A DNA stretch of 6,203 nucleotides, from the IMG/VR virus record IMGVR_UViG_3300045988_009266, positions 1 through 6,203 of that record. One strand, written 5' to 3'. The notes below the pieces were generated by a model. It had not been told where the DNA came from and made no database searches. It saw only the letters and a list, made by a program, of their open reading frames with translations. A program made the translations under genes and the position numbers. Every line of letters begins with the position of its first letter. The first letter of the stretch is position 1. Shown piece by piece: positions 4,755-6,203 of this stretch. Origin of the DNA: a virus.

Positions 4755-5867
4755 ATGGGATTTATCAAAAATGCACTAGGAATGATTGGCGATGCAGCCA
4801 CAGGGGGACTAGCAAGCGGAGTAGGAAGTTTTGTAAGCGGAATATTCGGAGATAGGGGGTTATCGAAGAAAGACCAATTAGAAATCATGAATAAACAGCA
4901 CGGGTATGAATTGGAAAACATGGATTACCAAGCGAAGCTTAATGAAGAGATGGCACAGAGAAACCAAGAGCGCCAAAACGAATACTTCGGAATGACAGCA
5001 GAATATAACTCAGCGAAAAACCAAAAACAACGACTGAAAGATGCAGGGTTGAATCCTGCATTAATGTACGGAAGTGCAGGAAGTGGCGGAGCAGGCACAG
5101 GAAGTACAGGAGGAGCAAGCGGAAGCGGTGTCGGATTATCACAAGCGCAAGCGGTAGGTATGGGACTACAACTAAGCCAAATCAAAGCACAAACGAACCT
5201 GATGAATGCGGAAGCAGCCAAAGCATACGCAGATGCAAACAAAACCAAGGGAGCAGACACAGACAAGGTGAACCAAGATATTGCAGAGAGCGAAGCTAGA
5301 ATCGAAGAAATTATAGCTAAGATACCTTCAGAAAAACAGCAATATTATATCGGCAAAGCGCATGAAGAGGCACTTAAGGCAAGTAAACTACTAACAGAAG
5401 CAGCAGCAGCCAAGACGGACGAAGAACGAAAGGTGCTAGCCGTCCAACAACATGTGTTGTTTAAAGAGGTTGATAAGATGGTTGCAGAAATCGAAGGAGT
5501 GGGATTAGACAACGATCAAAAGAAAATTATCAAAGATTCACTACAAAGAAGTATAAACTCTCATATATACCTGAATACAGCTCAAGCAATAGCAGCAGAA
5601 GCGAATGCTAAATTTACAAACGAAAACATAAAGACCATTGAAGGACAATTACAACTATGGTCAAAACAGGCTGAAAATTGGGAAGGTCAACGAGAGAATG
5701 TAAAAAGACAAATCGAAGAACAGGTTAAACAATGGGCTCAAGAAAACATGTTTGAAGGAAATAAAGTCAACTTAGAAAAGACAAGAACTATAGCAGATAT
5801 AATCCTAAGAAGCCTAGAAAGTGTTCAGAAAATTGGTCAGATAGTAGGAACAGCAATGATTAAGTAA
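4755..5867 (+). CDS. DNA pilot / minor capsid protein VP2 (phiX174 H-like), 370 aa
   Basis: The N-terminus is Gly-rich and hydrophobic (MGFIKNALGMIGDAATGGLASGVGSFVSGIFG). The motif KDAGLNPALMYG is followed by a poly-Gly/Ser/Ala/Thr tract (5070..5135). A long Ala/Glu/Lys/Gln-rich predicted coiled coil follows. Both the position immediately upstream of VP4 and this architecture are typical of microvirus pilot proteins. Confidence 0.85.
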   Translation: MGFIKNALGMIGDAATGGLASGVGSFVSGIFGDRGLSKKDQLEIMNKQHGYELENMDYQAKLNEEMAQRNQERQNEYFGMTAEYNSAKNQKQRLKDAGLNPALMYGSAGSGGAGTGSTGGASGSGVGLSQAQAVGMGLQLSQIKAQTNLMNAEAAKAYADANKTKGADTDKVNQDIAESEARIEEIIAKIPSEKQQYYIGKAHEEALKASKLLTEAAAAKTDEERKVLAVQQHVLFKEVDKMVAEIEGVGLDNDQKKIIKDSLQRSINSHIYLNTAQAIAAEANAKFTNENIKTIEGQLQLWSKQAENWEGQRENVKRQIEEQVKQWAQENMFEGNKVNLEKTRTIADIILRSLESVQKIGQIVGTAMIK

Positions 5868-5868
5868 T

Positions 5869-6203
5869 ATGTGTTTATATCCAAAATTAATTCCAAATCC
5901 TAAGTACAGGACATCTAAGAAGAGAGGGTACTACAAACCCTCTCCACATGATGCAAGACTGAATTATGTACCGGTAGCATGCGGGAAGTGCTACGAGTGT
6001 AGAAAAAAGAAAGCTAGAGAGTGGAGAATCAGACTAGCCGAAGAAATAAGGCACAACAAGAGCTATTTCGTAACATTAACGATTGACGATAATAATTTAG
6101 AAATGTTGAAAAACGAACTAGAAGTAAAATCAGTTAAAGGAAACGAAAACAATATAGCAACACTAGCGCTAAGAAAATTTCTAGAGCGATGCAGAAAAAA
6201 AAC
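5869..6203 (+). CDS. Replication initiator VP4, N-terminal part (true start ATG 5869). It continues into 1..769, and bases 6105..6203 duplicate 1..99.
   Basis: My translation is MCLYPKLIPNPKYRTSKKRGYYKPSPHDARLNYVPVACGKCYECRKKKAREWRIRLAEEIRHNKSYFVTLTIDDNNLEMLKNELEV..., with no stop to the window end. The Cys cluster CGKCYEC followed by W..R is typical of microvirus VP4 N-termini. Motif I FVTLT is at 6067..6081. The ATG follows the VP2 stop in a TAATATG junction. The full protein is 334 aa (236 + 769 nt). Confidence 0.88.
   Translation, partial: MCLYPKLIPNPKYRTSKKRGYYKPSPHDARLNYVPVACGKCYECRKKKAREWRIRLAEEIRHNKSYFVTLTIDDNNLEMLKNELEVKSVKGNENNIATLALRKFLERCRKK
6105..6203. repeat. Terminal redundancy, copy 2 (identical to 1..99)
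   Basis: Same as above. The repeat lies inside the Rep coding sequence, so it is not a biological terminal repeat. Confidence 0.97.

Noticed and set aside
1-6203. Searched for tRNA/tmRNA-like cloverleaves, CRISPR repeat-spacer periodicity, transposase or integrase genes, and reverse transcriptase/DGR repeats
   Set aside because: None found. The only repeats are the assembly wrap-around, the 11-nt tandem and the short motifs described in the findings. The structured element at 4547..4675 lacks T-loop (GTTCGAATC-like) and D-loop signatures.

Overview
The window is one complete circular ssDNA microvirus genome (family Microviridae) plus a wrap-around. Bases 1..99 are identical to 6105..6203, so the unique genome is 6104 nt. 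All credible genes are on the + strand, and coding density is about 90%.

Gene order, starting from the junction:
- Rolling-circle replication initiator (VP4 / gene A-like). It starts at 5869, crosses the junction and stops at 769, giving 334 aa once circularised.
- A 345-nt intergenic block containing a C/G-rich hairpin island, an 11-nt tandem repeat and a Bacteroidetes-type promoter.
- Five tightly coupled small ORFs with no recognisable family (1115..2172). One is a predicted small lipoprotein.
- Major capsid protein VP1 (2181..4193, 670 aa).
- Internal scaffolding protein VP3 (4205..4543).
- A 211-nt highly structured intergenic element.
- DNA pilot / minor capsid protein VP2 (4755..5867).

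Genome size, the long VP1, the lack of Shine-Dalgarno sequences and a TTTG/TAnnTTTG promoter point to an Alpavirinae-like gut microvirus with a Bacteroidetes host. That placement is inference; no search was possible.

The parts most worth follow-up are:
- the two structured, GC-enriched non-coding blocks, which share an ACGCACG motif I found nowhere else in the genome;
- the small-ORF cassette, including a candidate single-gene lysis or exclusion lipoprotein.

No tRNA, rRNA, CRISPR array, integrase or transposase is visible.
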